A stretch of DNA of 63,972 nt, the filler included, from Octopus bimaculoides (Eukaryota), in NCBI RefSeq assembly GCF_001194135.2. It is 8 parts of 8 records of this genome, joined end to end, with 100 filler letters (N's around TTAATTAATTAA, not from the genome) between each part and the next. Parts side by side here need not be neighbours in the genome. Positions count along the whole stretch, not along the records: positions 58,546 to 62,850 come from NC_068989.1; positions 62,951 to 63,972 come from NW_026379712.1; 6 more parts are not named here. One strand, given 5' to 3'. The translations under genes and the position numbers were made by a program. Every line of letters starts with the position of its first letter. The stretch's first letter is position 1. Of the stretch, positions 61,690 through 63,972 are shown piece after piece. Under the pieces are notes generated by a model. That model saw only the letters and a program-made list of their open reading frames with translations, was not told the origin of the DNA and ran no database searches.

Positions 61690-61727
61690 TTTCCTGTTTC
61701 TGACGAAGAGCTTTGCTCGAAACGTAA
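61690..61727 (+). ncRNA. Minimal type I hammerhead ribozyme motif
   Basis: CTGACGA (61700-61706), a-GAGC-ttt-GCTC stem II, GAAAC GT A with palindromic ACGT stem III; the 3' strand of stem I falls in the gap. Confidence 0.6.
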
Positions 61728-62247
61728 NNNNNNNNNNNNNNNNNNNNNNNNNNNNNNNNNNNNNNNNNNNNNNNNNNNNNNNNNNNNNNNNNNNNNNNNN
61801 NNNNNNNNNNNNNNNNNNNNNNNNNNNNNNNNNNNNNNNNNNNNNNNNNNNNNNNNNNNNNNNNNNNNNNNNNNNNNNNNNNNNNNNNNNNNNNNNNNNN
61901 NNNNNNNNNNNNNNNNNNNNNNNNNNNNNNNNNNNNNNNNNNNNNNNNNNNNNNNNNNNNNNNNNNNNNNNNNNNNNNNNNNNNNNNNNNNNNNNNNNNN
62001 NNNNNNNNNNNNNNNNNNNNNNNNNNNNNNNNNNNNNNNNNNNNNNNNNNNNNNNNNNNNNNNNNNNNNNNNNNNNNNNNNNNNNNNNNNNNNNNNNNNN
62101 NNNNNNNNNNNNNNNNNNNNNNNNNNNNNNNNNNNNNNNNNNNNNNNNNNNNNNNNNNNNNNNNNNNNNNNNNNNNNNNNNNNNNNNNNCGCCCAGCCAA
62201 TGGCAGTGCAGAAAATAGGACGAATGCTGCCGTTGATTAGCTCCCCT

Positions 62248-62292
<45 letters not shown>

Positions 62293-63330
62293 CATATATA
62301 TATAAACTGTAATTTTTGTATAATTATGTATTGTTAATACAACAATACATAAAGACGGGCTAGAGTTGATAATTGAAATAATAAATAAAATTAAATAAAA
62401 TTAAAAATGGAAATAAAATACAAACAAAATATTATTATGAACTAATCCGTAATAGGATATGATTAGGCTGGTGATTTAATTTAATTTATCAACCTATGCT
62501 AATTAGGTATTACTACATATTCTTCTGTTTTTTTTTTATATATATACGTAATTCTGCAATTGAGAAAAAAGAGCCGTGATGTAAGGTGTTGTGTCCAGTT
62601 GTTTTACTTGTATATTGTATTATATCACTCAAAACTTTTTATGTTTTCTATATTTTTATTCCTTCCTCTTTATGTACAACAAACATCCTGATGAAGGGAG
62701 TGTCTAATCTCTAATATGAGTACAACACCTTTTAGATCTGTCATTTTAATGAAATTTAATTACTCTTTTCTGATACCTGAAAAGAAACAGCAATTTTAGC
62801 AAGACATGTTAAGCAACACTCATCATAAATTTATTTGTTGATTCTTGAAGNNNNNNNNNNNNNNNNNNNNNNNNNNNNNNNNNNNNNNNNNNNNTTAATT
62901 AATTAANNNNNNNNNNNNNNNNNNNNNNNNNNNNNNNNNNNNNNNNNNNNTATATATATTTAAAAATGTATGTATATATAATATGCAATATGCCTTTATA
63001 TAATCTATAGTATAGATATATGGTATAAAATATGTATATGTGTATATAACACTGCACATATGAGAACAAAATGCCATGAAACAATATCTCTTGTAGAATT
63101 AGTGATCAAAAATGGCCCCTAATATCTCATATGGAACCAAGTGAAGCGATTCCAGTCTTATATTTCGTGTCATTCCTCTGCTTTCTTCACTGTCCACGCA
63201 AGAATTATGGATGTTATGTTAAATACAATGCTAGACCTACCAGTAAATCATGGCTTTTAAGCAATCTGTTTTACCGTATTTACTGATCCAGAATCTAACT
63301 ATAGTTGTAGCAGGTGTATTTGTATTTTTG

Positions 63331-63396
<66 letters not shown>

Positions 63397-63938
63397 GTTG
63401 TAGTAATCGTAGTAGTAGTAGTAATTGTTGTTGTACTTATAATAGAAGCAGAGAGAAAGTGGCGGTGGTGGCGGTAAGGTTGGTCGAAGCAGTATTAGCG
63501 GTAGATGTAGCAGAGAGGGGGTAGTGGCATTGTTGTTGGCGGCGGTGGTGGCGGCAGCGATGTTTTTTTTGTTTTTTGAAGGAGGAGGGGTAGGAGGGGG
63601 GAGGACATTTTTATTGATGGTCTCGGAAAGAATGGTGAGTACATGAGTACCGACATTAGTAGTCGTAGGTGCACTAGGAAGAAGAGGTGTGGTAAGTGGA
63701 GGAAAATAATAATAATGATGGTTTCAAATTTTGCCACAAGGACAGAAATTTTGGGTGTGGGGATGAGTAGATTTGATCGACCCCAGTGTACAACTGGTAC
63801 TCATTTTATCGACTCCGAAAGGATGAAAGGTAAAGTCGACCTCGGCGGAATTTTAACTCACAACACGGCGACGGACGACTTACCCCTAAGCGTTTCAACT
63901 CGCGTACTAACGATTCTGCCACCTCGCCGCCTTAAATG

Positions 63939-63972
<34 letters not shown>

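Noticed and set aside
60444-61703. 419-aa His/Thr-rich ORF and overlapping Cys/Val-rich ORFs (also 36642-37074)
   Set aside because: Products of CA/GT low-complexity DNA.
10183-62337. Long ORFs spanning N gaps (e.g. 24655-25716, 55670-56677, 57258-58229, 59297-59911)
   Set aside because: Open only because N codons contain no stops.
9502-62906. Recurrent TTAATTAATTAA palindrome as a biological motif
   Set aside because: Always centred in N runs; an artificial six-frame stop spacer from scaffolding.

Overview
Repeat-dense, gap-rich eukaryotic genomic DNA, most likely from a draft octopus (cephalopod) assembly; this is an inference from the SINE/RTE repeat families, the microsatellite load and the artificial TTAATTAATTAA gap spacers. 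Only two host-gene exons could be recognised: a MEGF8-like CUB-domain exon on the minus strand (4533-4696) and a Fuzzy (FUZ)-like exon on the plus strand (23751-23849). Their geometry suggests antisense overlap or mis-ordered contigs. The rest is mostly mobile DNA: a decayed Mag-like Ty3/Gypsy element, several RTE LINEs with a PHD finger inside ORF2, R4/Dong-like and Penelope fragments, minimal hammerhead-ribozyme motifs, a mariner, MITEs, three SINE families and a split OTU-bearing Helitron. The most striking structure is a ~14 kb cluster (38600-52340) of L1/Tx1-family retroelements. It holds one ORF1+ORF2 element and several ORF1-only relatives from three diverged lineages, stacked mostly head-to-tail, with a shared 3' terminus and a shared 5' leader. 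A long-TIR DNA transposon carrying a TTAGGG-like array is inserted in the cluster. Repeat boundaries are approximate (read by eye); exon, TSD, hairpin and tail coordinates were counted directly.
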